A DNA stretch of 64,000 nt from Isurus oxyrinchus (lineage: Eukaryota): assembly GCA_026770705.1 (NCBI GenBank), contig JANJGN010000026.1:34782001-34846000 (forward strand), read 5' to 3'. Shown piece by piece: positions 12,911 through 24,409 of the stretch. A program made the position numbers and the translations under genes. Below the pieces are notes generated by a model. The model was not told the DNA's origin. It worked only from the letters and a program-made list of their open reading frames with translations, and ran no database searches. Each line of letters starts with the position of its first letter. Position 1 is the stretch's first letter.

Positions 12911-13351
12911 TATTAGAGCACAAATTCCTGGCTTTATTATAATATAAAATGCATAGCAAGTCGGCCAAAATCTGTGGAACGAGGAGCAGAGTTAAAGTTC
13001 CACGTGGGTATTAAATAGAACTGGAAATGACTGAGGTGGAGGTTAGGAGTTAGAAGATGTAACATGAAAGTGGAAAACTTTTATGTCGGTCAATTACTTA
13101 CAGTGATGAATGTCTGTCGTGTGTTGCCTTGCAAGTTGCACAGGAGCTGCAGTGATTAGATTGGTGGGTTTTGAAAATTGAATTTTGCAATTCACCGCTT
13201 TTGGCACTATTTCACCACACTGTCAATTTCATGTTCCAGCCAATGGCAATGGTTGTTTAGTTACCTGAATAGGCCATTTTGTCTCTGGATAAAGCAGTCT
13301 GAAATGAAAATAAAAGGCAAAAGTATCATTTATCAAAACACAAGGATAATG

Positions 13352-13423
13352 TCCCTGGTGACCATGTGGTTAGAATTCAGCCCTTTCAACGCTGCGGCCC
13401 GGATTACCTTTCTGGTTTGGGAA
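13352..13423 (+). pseudogene. tRNA-Glu(TTC) pseudogene
   Basis: 72 nt, TCCCTGGTGACCATGTGGTTAGAATTCAGCCCTTTCAACGCTGCGGCCCGG…GGGAA; B-box destroyed. Confidence 0.8.
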
Positions 13424-13545
13424 TGAGGGTTCTTTGCTCATGTCACACTGCTTAAACAGAGAGTTCTTTTTATTGGTTTAAAACTGAAAATGCATAACAG
13501 CCTCTGCCAGAATCAGTGGAGTGAGAGTTGAAGCTTCCCATCAGA

Positions 13546-13985
13546 GCTGGTATCAGAGGGAATGGAGCAGGAAGGGAGGATCCCTGGGGCGAAGTTCAGC
13601 GAGTTCAGGAGGATGGTATCAGAGGGAATGGAGCCGGGAGAGAGGAGCCCTGGGGCGATGTTCAGGAGGATGGTATCAGAGGGAATGGAGCCGGGAGAGA
13701 GGATCCCTGGGGTGATGTTCGGTGAGTTCAGGAGGATGGTATCAGAGGGAATGGAGCCGGGAGAGAGGAGCCCTGGGGCGATGTTCAGGAGGATGGTATC
13801 AGAGAGAATGAAGCCGGGAGAGAGGATCCCTGGGGCGATGTTCAGTGAGTTCAGGAGGATGGTATCAGAGGGAATGGAGCAGGGAGAGAGGATCCCTGGG
13901 GTGATGCTCAGTGAGTCCAGGAGAATGGTGTCAGATGGAATGGAACAGGAAGAGAGGATCCCTGGGGCGATGCTTAGTGAGTTCA
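13546..13985. repeat. Minisatellite, about 7 units of 66/57 bp
   Basis: GGTATCAGAGGGAATGGAGC landmark at about 13549, 13615, 13672, 13738, 13795, 13861, 13927. Confidence 0.95.
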
Positions 13986-14289
13986 TTTGTTTGTTGCGTC
14001 GGGCAGGCCGCAGGGCCTGGGAATTTCCACGATTTGTGCTCCCTGGTGTCCCTGATAAGCCCCAAACTGTAGTAATAATTTTGCAGAATTACTCTTCGAT
14101 AATGTTTCTGTGTCAGATCGGCCCTAGTCTCTAGGAATCATCCAATGGTTTGTATCAACTGTACCGTCTGTAGTATATATGTATTTTTTTGTTATTCGTT
14201 TATGCAATGCGGGTGTGGCTGTCTGGGCCAGCATTTATTGCCCATCCCTAATAGACTTGAGAAGGCGGCCTGTGACGTTCTGCCTTGTG

Positions 14290-14645
14290 AGTGTTTAATT
14301 GGACAAGGTAGAGAGAGTCCAGGCGAATGCTCTCGGGGCTGGGGTTCAAATCCCAACATGGCAGCTGCTGGAATGTGAGTTCAATTAATAAAATCTGGGA
14401 TTGAAAACTGGCCTCAGTGATGGTGACCATGACAACTATCACCGATTGTCGTAAAAACCCATCTGCTGCACAGAAGTCCTTTCGGGGAGGAAATCTGTCA
14501 TCTTCATCTGGCCTGGCCGACATGTGATTCCAGGTCCACAGCAATGCGGTTGACAGTTAACTACCCTCTGAAATGGCCTCGGAAGGTGGACTGTTCAGAG
14601 CAGCCTTGCCAGCGACACCCATATCTCATGAAAGGATAAAGAGGG
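14290..14645 (+). mobile_element. HE1-type tRNA-derived SINE
   Basis: GGGTTCAAATCCC box, GACCATGA…GTAAAAACCCATCTG core and GCCAGCGACACCCAT tail. Confidence 0.85.
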
Positions 14646-14957
14646 AAAAACAAAACTTTTTCTCTCTATCTAAACCCTGCTGCACCGACGCTCGGAGTGA
14701 TTAATGGGACAGTGTAAAGGAAACTTTCATCCTCCCTATACTGTCCTGTATGGGCCTCTGATGAACAGCCCCTGCTGTTTACAATTACCTGACATGTGAC
14801 TGTGACAGGCCTGAGTATGAGTGAAATCACCGAGATTCTCCTCGCTGTGCAATCATTCTGCCTCTGGAATTTGCCATAAAAAGGCAGAGGTAAAGGTGTA
14901 TTAACACCGATGGGTCGCTGGGTGGCGCGATGACTCTTTCACTGAAGGATCTCGGGC

Positions 14958-15065
14958 TCTGAAGAAGTCATGAGGACTCGAAACGTAAACTCAGTTTTTT
15001 GTCTCCACAGATGCTGTGAGACCTGCTGAGTTTTTCCAACATTTTCTGTTTTTGTTTCAGATCCC
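14958..15065 (+). mobile_element. Penelope-like pseudo-LTR terminus
   Basis: CTGAAGAAGTCATGAGGACTCGAAACGTAAAC…CAGATGCTGTGAGACCTGCTGAG; related copies at about 11525 and 41425. Confidence 0.75.
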
Positions 15066-15203
15066 AGACAAGTCTGGTTAAAAATGCCTGCCTGGGAAAG
15101 GGGGGGGGGGGGGGGGGGGGGAAACACTGTAATAGGGAAAATGGAGCGATGTCGATGGGTCTGAGAGAAAGTTCAGCAAAGTCAGTTCGTTTCACATTCA
15201 TGA

Positions 15204-15245
15204 TTTATTAACAATTTCAGGGAACATTTTACAGAAAAGTTTATT
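15204..15245 (-). terminator. Candidate membrane-form polyadenylation signals
   Basis: TTTATT on plus at 15204-15209 and 15240-15245, about 420-450 nt after the TM2 stop. Confidence 0.5.
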
Positions 15246-15660
15246 TTAAAGTTAACTGAAGTGAATATAATCACTGAGAGTCACATTGAGAACAGAGCAC
15301 ATTCGCTCTGAGCTGCCAACTTTGTGTACAACTGTAACAGACACCAGAAAGAGAAAACAGGAACTCAATATCAAGGGAAGGGATTAATTGTGAATGAGGA
15401 ATGAGAAAAGTTACTTATTTACACAGGGAATTCAAACTACTGGGAAATTATTAGCTGCTGTTGCAATGAATCATAATTATCTCGCACATTTGAAACAGAG
15501 AAACGGAAATACTGTTCATAATTGTCTCAGTTACAAATTCGGAAACATAAACTGAAGGTATTTCATCTTTACAGTCACCGAGAGGATATATTTTAAATTC
15601 GGAATACAGAGGTCTCAATAAAGAGCTGAGGAAAATCTACGGTGTCCAAAATTCAATCGG

Positions 15661-15669
15661 TCACTTGAT
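15661..15669 (-). CDS. IGHM: IgM TM2 exon coding part ATC AAG TGA (cytoplasmic tail K-I-K)
   Basis: CAG acceptor 15672-15670 after a pyrimidine tract; equivalent to the KVK tail of mu. Confidence 0.9.
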   Translation of the reverse strand: MK

Positions 15670-15807
15670 CTGTAAAAGAGGATGAAATAATGAAGCAGAT
15701 GTTTATAATCTGGGACATTTATGTTAGAGTTCTAATCAATGAAACATTGAGAGATTTTTCAAACCGCTTCTGTCAGTTTGAAGTGTGAGTGGATTGAATC
15801 TTCTCAC

Positions 15808-15935
15808 CTTTGCCAGAGTGACGGCAGTGCTGTAGAAAATGCTCAGGAAGAATAGGATGATGAATGTGGAAGCGGTTGTCCAGATGTTGCCGTTATCATC
15901 CTCAGAGTCTTCAATCCAGATGCGGTCTGTGGAAT
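15808..15935 (-). CDS. IGHM: IgM TM1 exon (D)STDRIWIEDSEDDNGNIWTTASTFIILFFLSIFYSTAVTLAK
   Basis: Not in the ORF track. TAG acceptor 15938-15936, GTGAG donor 15807-15803. Acidic spacer plus the conserved antigen-receptor TM motif WTTASTF..LF.LS..YST.VT. Confidence 0.96.
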
Positions 15936-16489
15936 CTACGGGGATAAAGCCGAGGAAATATAATTAGGTTGTTTATTAATCTAGGGTATCATTTAAAAAA
16001 AATTCCTTTACTCTTTCATAAGTTATTAATGTATTCAATGTTCAAGGTATATCTACTATTAAGGGACACTCAGTAACCCATCTCTGTAACTATCTCTACA
16101 GCTATTCTCCCTTTACAATCTTTGTACAGTCCATGTCGGAAAAAATTGCAAATTTTCTCCAGTATCAGGTTATTTTCGAACAATTTCGTATGATCTATTA
16201 TTGGAGAATATTATGATGGGTATCGGGAAAGATTCACTGAGCTACTTATTTGGAAACTGTGAACGTTGCTTTTTAAAAGCTCGGATGTGAGTTCCCATCT
16301 TGATTGTCTATTTGTGATATGGGAATGTTTGGTGCATCATTAATTTAAATCAGTTTCTCAGTAAGAGCATTGTTTCAGTGTGTTTATTGGGTTATTATGT
16401 AATAGAGACAATTGCCGGAGGATATGCCCATTAAAAAAGTACATTTGAATTATACTTTATTCAATAGCCTGGCCTCTGTGTTGTGCTTT

Positions 16490-17500
16490 AGCTTTTGTGT
16501 GTGTCTGCATGAGTATCTCGCACTTTGCATTACTGGTTGATTGTGTGTCCATCGGTGTTAATGTGTGTGTTCATGTGCCAATGAGTGCTGATTTGTGTAT
16601 TTTTGTGTCTGCATCTGTACGTATATTTGGTTTTTCTGCCAATGTGTATGTATGAGTGTGTTATTGCATGTGTTTGTGTAATGATGTCTATGTTGACTTA
16701 TTACTGTCTGTGTTAATGTGTGTTTACGCATTCCTGCCTGCTAATGTGAGTGTTAATGTTTCTTTTTGTGTTCCACTGTGTGTCAGCATTTTAAAGTCTG
16801 TGTCACAGGGTCTGTGTGTGTGTATGTGTGCGTGTGTGTGTGTGTATGACACAGCGAGAGAGAGATAAAGTTTTTAATGTGTGCATTTGTGTGTTGATTG
16901 ATATTTAGAACTATGTATCAATGCGTGTTTATGTTTTCATATGTACCAACGTGTGTTTTTTGTGTTCTACTGTGTATGAGTATGTTCATGTTTGTGTCCA
17001 CATGGGTGTCTGTGAATGTGTTAGTCGGTTCCTCTGTGTTTTTGTATCTGGGTGTCGTCTGCTCATGTGTGTGCATGTGTTAATGTATGTCCATGCATTG
17101 TTTTAATGTGTACGATAGTGTGTGTCTTTCTGTCTGTATTTCTGTCATTGTGAACATGTGATAATGCATATGCGAAAAGTTACATTTGTGCTTTGTATCC
17201 TTGTATGAGTCTGCTTGTCTGGTTTTATCTGTTTGTGTGTGTGTGATTGTGTATATGTGTGTGAGCGAGTGTGTCTGTGTGTGTATTCCTGTATGTGTGT
17301 GTATTTGTGAATGTGTGTGTTTGTGCGTGTGTATTTGTCTATGTGTTTCTGCCTGTGTTTGTGTGGGTGCGCATGTGTGGGTGTACATGTGTCTGCTTGT
17401 ACCTGTGTGTGTTTGTGTCTGTGTGTCTGTGCCTATGTGTGTGTGTGTACGCATGTTTGTGTCTGTCAATTTGTATCAGTTGTGTGTATTTTTACTATTT
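16490..17500. repeat. Degenerate (TG)n tract between the SEC and TM exons
   Basis: Visible; CA-rich on the IgH sense strand. Confidence 0.9.
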
Positions 17501-17979
17501 TTCCAAATTTCACCAGGTACCAATGATCGAGTCTGAACTTGATGGTGAAAAATTTGGTGAATATTTTCAATGTTCTGTGTATAAACATGTTTTCTGTGAG
17601 ATGCAAGGTGATATCAGATGAACGAATGCAAACAATCAACCATGTGCCTAATAAAAATTCAGGGACAGAACCTTGAACAACCCAAGGAGGATTCAATCAC
17701 CAATTTAGATTTGGATGATGGGAAATCAATCTTAGCATAAGCTTAACAGGGACAAGAGTGTTAAAACATCTTCAAGTTATGTTGCACAAATAGATGTTTT
17801 TACAACATCCAAAGCATGATGGGAGTTTAAAATCTGTGGCCAGTAAGCTAGAAGCTGACTTCGACTGTTGGTAACTGAGTCTTTATAATAGAGACCCATT
17901 CTCTTCCAGATTCTCTGCTTGGGGCCTGAGTGTCCAGTGAGTTAATAGTTTTGCTCTGTCTGGTTGTCTAAGCAATTTC

Positions 17980-18530
17980 CCTTTCGGTTCTCTCTGCTGA
18001 GAAGGTGGAGACACACCGGGTTAACCGATGAACTTCCTCGTCTTTTTGTTTAGCAAGTGGAGGTAAAATTGGCTTAAAATTTTCCTTTCAGTTTTCTCTG
18101 CCGGGTAAGTGGAGGTACAGTGGGTTACCAGTTTGCCTTCCCCTCTCTCTGTTGGGAAAGTGGGGGTACAGTGGTTAAATAATTCCCCCCCCCCCCCACC
18201 TGTTGTTGTGGAAGTGAAGGTGCAGTGGTTTAACAATGTCCCCTTCCCCTCTCTCTGTTGGGGAAGTGGGGGTACATTGGGTTAACAATTTCCCTTCCCC
18301 TCTCTCTGTTGGAGAAGTCGAGGTACAGTGGGTTAACAATTTCCCCTCCCCTCTCTCTGTTGGCGAAGTCGGGGTACAGTGGGTTAGCAATTTCCACTCC
18401 CCCTCTCTCTGTTGAGGAGGTGGAGGTACAGTGGGTTAACAATTTCCACTCCCCCTCTCTCTGTTGGGGAGGTGGAGGTGCAGTGGGGTAACAATTTCCC
18501 TTCCCCCTCTCTCTGGTGGGGGATTGTTGG
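17980..18530. repeat. 51-52-bp minisatellite, about 10 units
   Basis: GTACAGTGGGTTAACAATTTCCCTTCCCCTCTCTCTGTTGG… landmarks at 18272, 18323, 18374, 18426. Confidence 0.9.
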
Positions 18531-18921
18531 GACATATTTCTGCGTGACCCTCACTTCAGTTCCCAGTGAGTGTGGTGCAGAAGCTTAAAGCTGGCATCCA
18601 TTTTAAAGGGATGGACGACAAAAGAGGCAGGAACACCGAGATCTAAATGTGCTGTGTTTGTTTTCTCAGAAATGAGAAATTGTCAGATTTCTCCTCAGCG
18701 GGAGGAGAGCTGGTGAAGCTATTTTGCAGAATTCTGTAATGAATGAACTTTACTCTGTCTCTAACCCAGGGTGTATCTGAGCTGGGAGCACTGGATGTAC
18801 ATGACTTGGGTATGAGCCCTGTGAGTATCCGATTTTAACAAAACACATCTAAAATGATCAAAAGTGGAAAACAACATTAATTAAATGATTGTGCATTTAA
18901 ATCACGATTGGAGAAAAGGAC

Positions 18922-18937
18922 TTTATTATTTTTTATT
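18922..18937 (-). terminator. Secretory-form polyadenylation signals (two AATAAA)
   Basis: TTTATT on plus at 18922-18927 and 18932-18937, just past the secretory stop. Confidence 0.7.
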
Positions 18938-18964
18938 GTAGTTTGAAATGGAACCGAGAGATTC

Positions 18965-19356
18965 TCATTGACATGAATTAACGGTGTCCATCAGTGCAAG
19001 GGAAATGTTCACAAAACTCGGTTTACCGCTGGATTTATCAACCGTTCTGTTGATGATCTTCAAGGGGATCGCTTCATGTCCCACCACACAGGAGTAAGAA
19101 GCGCCGCTGGCCCACTCCTCCGCTGCAATGGATAACAGGCTGTACATGAAGAAGGAGCGATTGCCGTTCTCTGCCACTACCTCGGTGTTCTTGTAGTTTC
19201 CGGGAGCCACTGGCTTGTCATTGACGGTCCACTTGACGAAGATCTCTCGGGGGGAGAAACCTCTCACTAAGCAGCTGAGGGAGACGGACCTCTGAGCGGA
19301 GACATCTTCTGCCGAGGGCAGGAGGACAGACACGGAAGGTTCCCGCGGGTCTTTAA
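18965..19356 (-). CDS. IGHM: IgM CH4 exon plus secretory tailpiece (…VDKSS|[20 protein letters not shown])
   Basis: CAG acceptor 19359-19357; motifs LSCLVRGF and [11 protein letters not shown]. Internal donor G|GTAAA at 19026 serves the membrane form. The tail has an N-I-S sequon and penultimate Cys typical of mu; stop at 18967-18965. Confidence 0.97.
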
Positions 19357-20060
19357 CTGCAGAAAATGTACAATAAATGTCAATAAGCTGCATACTTTCG
19401 TAGACAATGAAATGGCTGGTTAGATGTGAGAGAAACGTGTTTTGTGATGAATATTAAGGTTTTTCATTATCCACTTCTAGGAAATATATCACCGATTCTT
19501 CACTATAGCTGAATCAAAATCCTGGAACACCCTCCCTAACAGCACTGTGAGTGTATCTACACCACATGGACTGCAGCAATTCAAGAAGGCAGCTCACCAC
19601 CACCTTGTCAAGGGCAATTAGGGATGGGCAATAACTCTGGCCCAGCCAGCGACGCCCACATCCCATGAATTAATAAATAAAATACTTTGGGATCTGTCCG
19701 GCTTTCCAGCTCGGAGCAGAGGTGGCACAATCCTTTTCCCTGGAGTTGGACGAGAAAGTTTCTCAAAGTTTACAGCACAGAAACAGGCCATTCTGCCCAA
19801 CTGGTCCATGTTGGTGTTTTAGCTTCACACCAGGCTCCTCCCATCTTGCTTCATCTAAACCCAATGGCACAACCTTCAATTCATTGTTCATTCATCTACT
19901 TATCAATTTCCCCCTGAAAGTCCACAGGCCCAGGGCGTTTAGTTGGCGAAATTGCTAATCAGAGTAGACCATGAATACAATGAATAGTAAATATTGATCC
20001 TTACACTTACACTGGAAATAGACACATCGAACAACTTATTGCTTCAATCTCACCGCTCAC

Positions 20061-20372
20061 CTGGTTCCTTGTGGATGGAACTTCTTAAAGGAGTCGGCAG
20101 ATCCTGATGGCTCACCACGCAGTAGAACTCAGCCCCACTCAGCCAGGCTTGTGTCGAGATGTTTACGTTGCTGACCACGCTGTTGGGATCCTCTCCAGGT
20201 TGGACGGCGATTTCTGATTTCAAAGGCTTCTTCTCTTGTGTCCAGGACACGAGGACTCCATAAGGAGCATTAGAAACGATGCAGGTTAAGGTCACGGTCG
20301 CTTCCAGTAAGACTTGTTCTATTGGAGGTGGCAATAGAGTAATTGTGGGATCGTTGTGGCATTGGTGATCAC
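20061..20372 (-). CDS. IGHM: IgM CH3 exon ([16 protein letters not shown]...SIHKEP)
   Basis: CAG acceptor 20375-20373, GTGAG donor 20060-20056, 312 nt. Motifs [26 protein letters not shown]. Confidence 0.95.
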
Positions 20373-20989
20373 CTGTGAGACAGAAATGAAAATCAACCAA
20401 AGTTTCACCTTCAGGAGCAGGACAGCAGTATTCAGCTTTCACTCTCTGAAGGAGAATAAATCACCTTGGACATATCAACCTCCAGCTATCGTTTTTAATC
20501 TTCTTTACACAATGGAAAACCAGCTTGGTCTGTGTACATTGTTCTCAAAATTTAAGTCGTTCAGCCCCGGGTAACATTCTCATGAATCTGCGTTGCCCCA
20601 GTCACAATACAAATGTATCATTCCTGGGCCCTGGAATGCAGGACTGAAAGCTGTTTTATAAATAGCACTTTCCAACACTCTATCTCGAAGCTGTTACCAG
20701 TGAAGGGTTCCAGACACCTTCTGCCTCTCCAAATATGATCAGCTGACTCAAGGTAAAGCTGATATCAAGTCCACCTCACTCACTCTATGACGTCAATGCA
20801 GAGACGTGATGTGATCAAATCCTGAATGGTGAATAATCCGAATGCAGCACTTACATTGGAATGAAACACCAACTATATGATAGTAAATTAGAAGTTGTTC
20901 TGTGCTTTCTACTAACTCCAGTAAATTCCTGATTTGATTAACATTGGAGTGCAGAATGCTCTATTGCTTCCATGGTTTGTATTTCTTAC

Positions 20990-21304
20990 CCTCACACTTG
21001 GTGGCGTTTCGACTTTGGGTGACCCCTTGGTGAGTGACCTGACAGGTATACACTGCGTCGCTGAACCATTCCCCAGCGGAGACTTTCAGCCGACTGGTCG
21101 CCGAGAAGTTCCCGTTCACTTCAAAGGCGGGAGGGGTGATAATTCCTGAAATCATGGGTTGTCCATTTTTCAGCCACTTCACGGTGATTGGCTTCGGACG
21201 GAAATCGATGATTGAACAGACGGTGGTTGCAAATTTGTTCGTTGTGATTTCTTCCTTGGAGCTCACGGTGAGGAGAACAGTTGGATGTAAGATGTCAGGA
21301 GGAC
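20990..21304 (-). CDS. IGHM: IgM CH2 exon ([16 protein letters not shown]...RNATKCE)
   Basis: AG acceptor 21306-21305 after a T-rich tract, GTAAG donor 20989-20985, 315 nt. Motifs VCSIIDF, VKWLKNG, YTCQVTH. Confidence 0.94.
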
Positions 21305-21518
21305 CTTCAAAAAACACAGGTTAGCCATTTCTTGCAGAAGAAATTGATAACAGATACAATGAGTTCTTATACTTTAACAGGTTCTTTGCAGTCAATGGAC
21401 ACTAACCTGGAATTTCCAGGGATCAGAACTATGCAGAGCACTATTAATGCGTTATAACCAAGGCCCTATACAGGTCAATCACAGCCTTTCTGTTTCTCAC
21501 AGGTTCCCCAACACTTAC

Positions 21519-21818
21519 ATTGCATTTCAACGCTCTTGTCTGAGACGCTGTGTCGAACCTCACACTTGATTTTGCTGCACTCTCCCTCTGACTCGGTGAT
21601 GGTTAACTGGCTGCTCAGAGTGTAGGTTCCCTTCTGGTTTCTCACCGACGGGTAAGTCTTAAATCCAGTGGTAATCTGCTGCCCATCTTTCTTCCAGGTC
21701 AAGCTTGTGATTTCTGGGGAGTAGTCCATCGCCAAACAGCCGTAGGTGACGGAGCCGTCGGTGTTTTGTTGCTGACAGGAGGAGACCAGGCTGTAGAGAG
21801 TGGGCGAAGACGGTGTCA
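21519..21818 (-). CDS. IGHM: IgM CH1 exon ([15 protein letters not shown]...SVEMQ)
   Basis: CAG acceptor 21821-21819, GTAAGT donor 21518-21513, 300 nt. C1-set motifs [28 protein letters not shown]. The early Cys is suited to light-chain pairing. Confidence 0.95.
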
Positions 21819-22364
21819 CTGGGAAAGAATGGCCGATTGAACAAGTTAGACTCTGTGAATTGTGATCATTAAGTAACCAAACAACTTGAAATTAAACTAT
21901 AACTATAAACATATCCAAATATATTCCAACTAAAACCCACATCCACATTTCATCATTTATTATTTCCATCATTTGGTGATCCTCGCCTGTCGGTTCCCTC
22001 TTTAGAAACCCACACCTCTTTATCCGCTTCTATCCCATTACTAAAAGAGAACATTTTGATGTCATCTGAATGACGTACCTTTCAGTGGATTAAAATGGAA
22101 GAGCAGAGCATCTTCCCCATTATTTTGGCACCATTTATTTCTCAATCAACAGCACTTGGTGATAGAGAAATTGTCTCGTCATTTATATCATTGCAGTTTG
22201 GAAACTGGCTATGTTCAAATTTACTCCCCGCTCCATGACCCCCAAAACAAAGAATAGCAACGACTCTCCGAAGGTACCTTTGCAATGGTACCTTACTAGT
22301 GACCATAGAGCTCTAAATTGAATACCAGTTACAGTAAGTACGACGTTTTCCAATCGTATGTACA

Positions 22365-23895
22365 TGTGAACATGTGGATCAGTAGCAGGAGTAGGCTATT
22401 CGGCCTCTCGAGCCTCCTCCACCATTCACTCTAATCATAGCTGATCTGATTGTGGCGTTAACTCCCGCCTACTCTCCGCTCATCTTTGACTCACTTGTCA
22501 ATGAAGAATCTCTCTACTTCTGCCTTGAAATATTAATGACTCCTCCTCCATCGCTCTCTGGGAAAGACAGTTCCAAACTTTCACTACCCTTAGAGAAAAA
22601 TATAAAATCTCCTCATTTCCGCCAGAATGGGAGACCTATTTTTAAACTCTGTTGCCTATCGTTAGTCCTCTCCCACAAGCGGAAACATCCTTTCAGCATC
22701 CACCCTGTCATTTTCCTCCAGGATCTTATATGTTTCAATAAAATCAGTTCTTATTTTTCTAAACTCCAATAGATACAGGCCTATCCAAACTTTCCTCATA
22801 AGATAACCGACGACACTTCCCAGTATCAGTTGAATGAACATTCTCTGAACAGCTTCTAATGCTTTTATATCCTTTCTTAAAGGAGACTAAATCTGTACAC
22901 AGTAATTCAGACGAGGCCGCATTGACGCCTCGTTAAACTGTTACAAACCATCTTTACTTTTATATTATTTTCTATTATTAAGGATCCTATCACGGGTCAT
23001 TAAGAAAATCCAAATGCAATTACGTAGATCCATCATGGTTTTGTGACAAGCAGAGTTCCACAGGGATCAATGCTGTGGCCTCAACTATTTACAATTTACA
23101 TCAATGACTTTAATGAAAGGACTGAATGAATTTGCTAAATTTGCTGATGACACAAAGATAGATAGGAGAGTAAGTGGTGAAGAGGGCATAAAGGTCAGCA
23201 AAGGGATACAGATAGGTTATAGGAGTGGGCAAAAAAATGACAGAGTATAAATTCCCCTTGTAATAAATGACAACATTCCCTTTGCCTTCCTCATTACTTG
23301 CTGTTCCTGCATTATAACTTTTTGTGATTCATGCAGCAAGGGATCTGCATCCCTCTGTACCTCAGAGTTCAGCAATCTCTCTCCCTTTCAATAATATGCA
23401 GCTTTTGTATTCTTCCTGCCAAAGTGGGCACGTTTATATTTTCCCACGTTATACTCTGTCATTTTTTTGCCCACTCCTATAACCTATCTATGTCCCTTTG
23501 CTGACCTTTATCCCCTCTTCACCACTTACTCTCTTATCTGTGTGTCATCAGCAAACTTAGCAAATTCATTCAGTCCTTTCATTTAAGTCATTGATGTAAA
23601 TTGTAAATAGTTGAGGCCGCAGCATTGATCCCTGTGGCACTCCACTTGTCACAAAACCATGATGGATCTACGTAATTGCATTTGGATTTCCTTAGTGACC
23701 CGTGATAGGATCCTTAATAATAGATTCCATCATTTTCGCTCGGACAGATGTTAAGCTAACTGGCCTGTCGGTTCTTGCTTTCCCTTTACCTCTTTTATTT
23801 GATATAAAAGCCTCATTCTCTATTTTCCAATCTGATGAGACTTTTCCAGAATCCAGGGGAGTTTGGAAAATTAAACCAATGCCTCTGCTATTTTA
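22365..23895 (-). mobile_element. CR1 3' part containing an internal inverted duplication
   Basis: CR1 tail at about 22370 and RT-region sequence. 22971-23250 is the reverse complement of 23449-23724. Confidence 0.85.
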
Positions 23896-24409
23896 GTAAC
23901 CACCTCGTTAAGGCCAAAATATTTGGCCAACTTCTCCGCCCATTTCCTTATTTTCCTTCATTACAGGCTTGTCCAATCCGTGTCCTGTGGCTGGATAAGA
24001 GCCCCCGAAGCCCCTCCATATGGCCCCCGGAGATGTTGTTCAAAATGCTGGTCAGGCAGGTATGTGGAGTTGAAGATATCTGGAAGGAGCTGCTCCTCCA
24101 ATCACAGGCGAGTCTTCTACCCATTAACTGCTGATAGGCTGACTGGTGGGCCTATCAGCAGTAAAAGTGGGAGGCAAACAGGTTGTGATTGGAGGGGCAG
24201 CGAGCACCTGCTGGAGAAATGCGCAGGGAGCTGGGGGAAAGCGCACAGAGACATTGTCTCCCTTCTATCCCAGGCACTGAGTGCCTTTACCTGGGAATGG
24301 AAAGGATTTCAGGAGGAGGAGAGACAATGAGAGAGAGAGATAGAGAGAGTGGGGCCCAGGGTGCCTGGGGCCTCGGCTCGCAACTGCTGATGCCCTGATC
24401 TCCCCGCTA

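Noticed and set aside
7442-13423. Functional tRNA genes
   Set aside because: Each copy has broken stems, indels or a damaged B-box, so they are called pseudogenes.
18965-21818. IgW or IgNAR identity
   Set aside because: Four C domains, a mu-type secretory tail, a conventional VH with WVRQ and full CDR2, and two D segments all indicate IgM.
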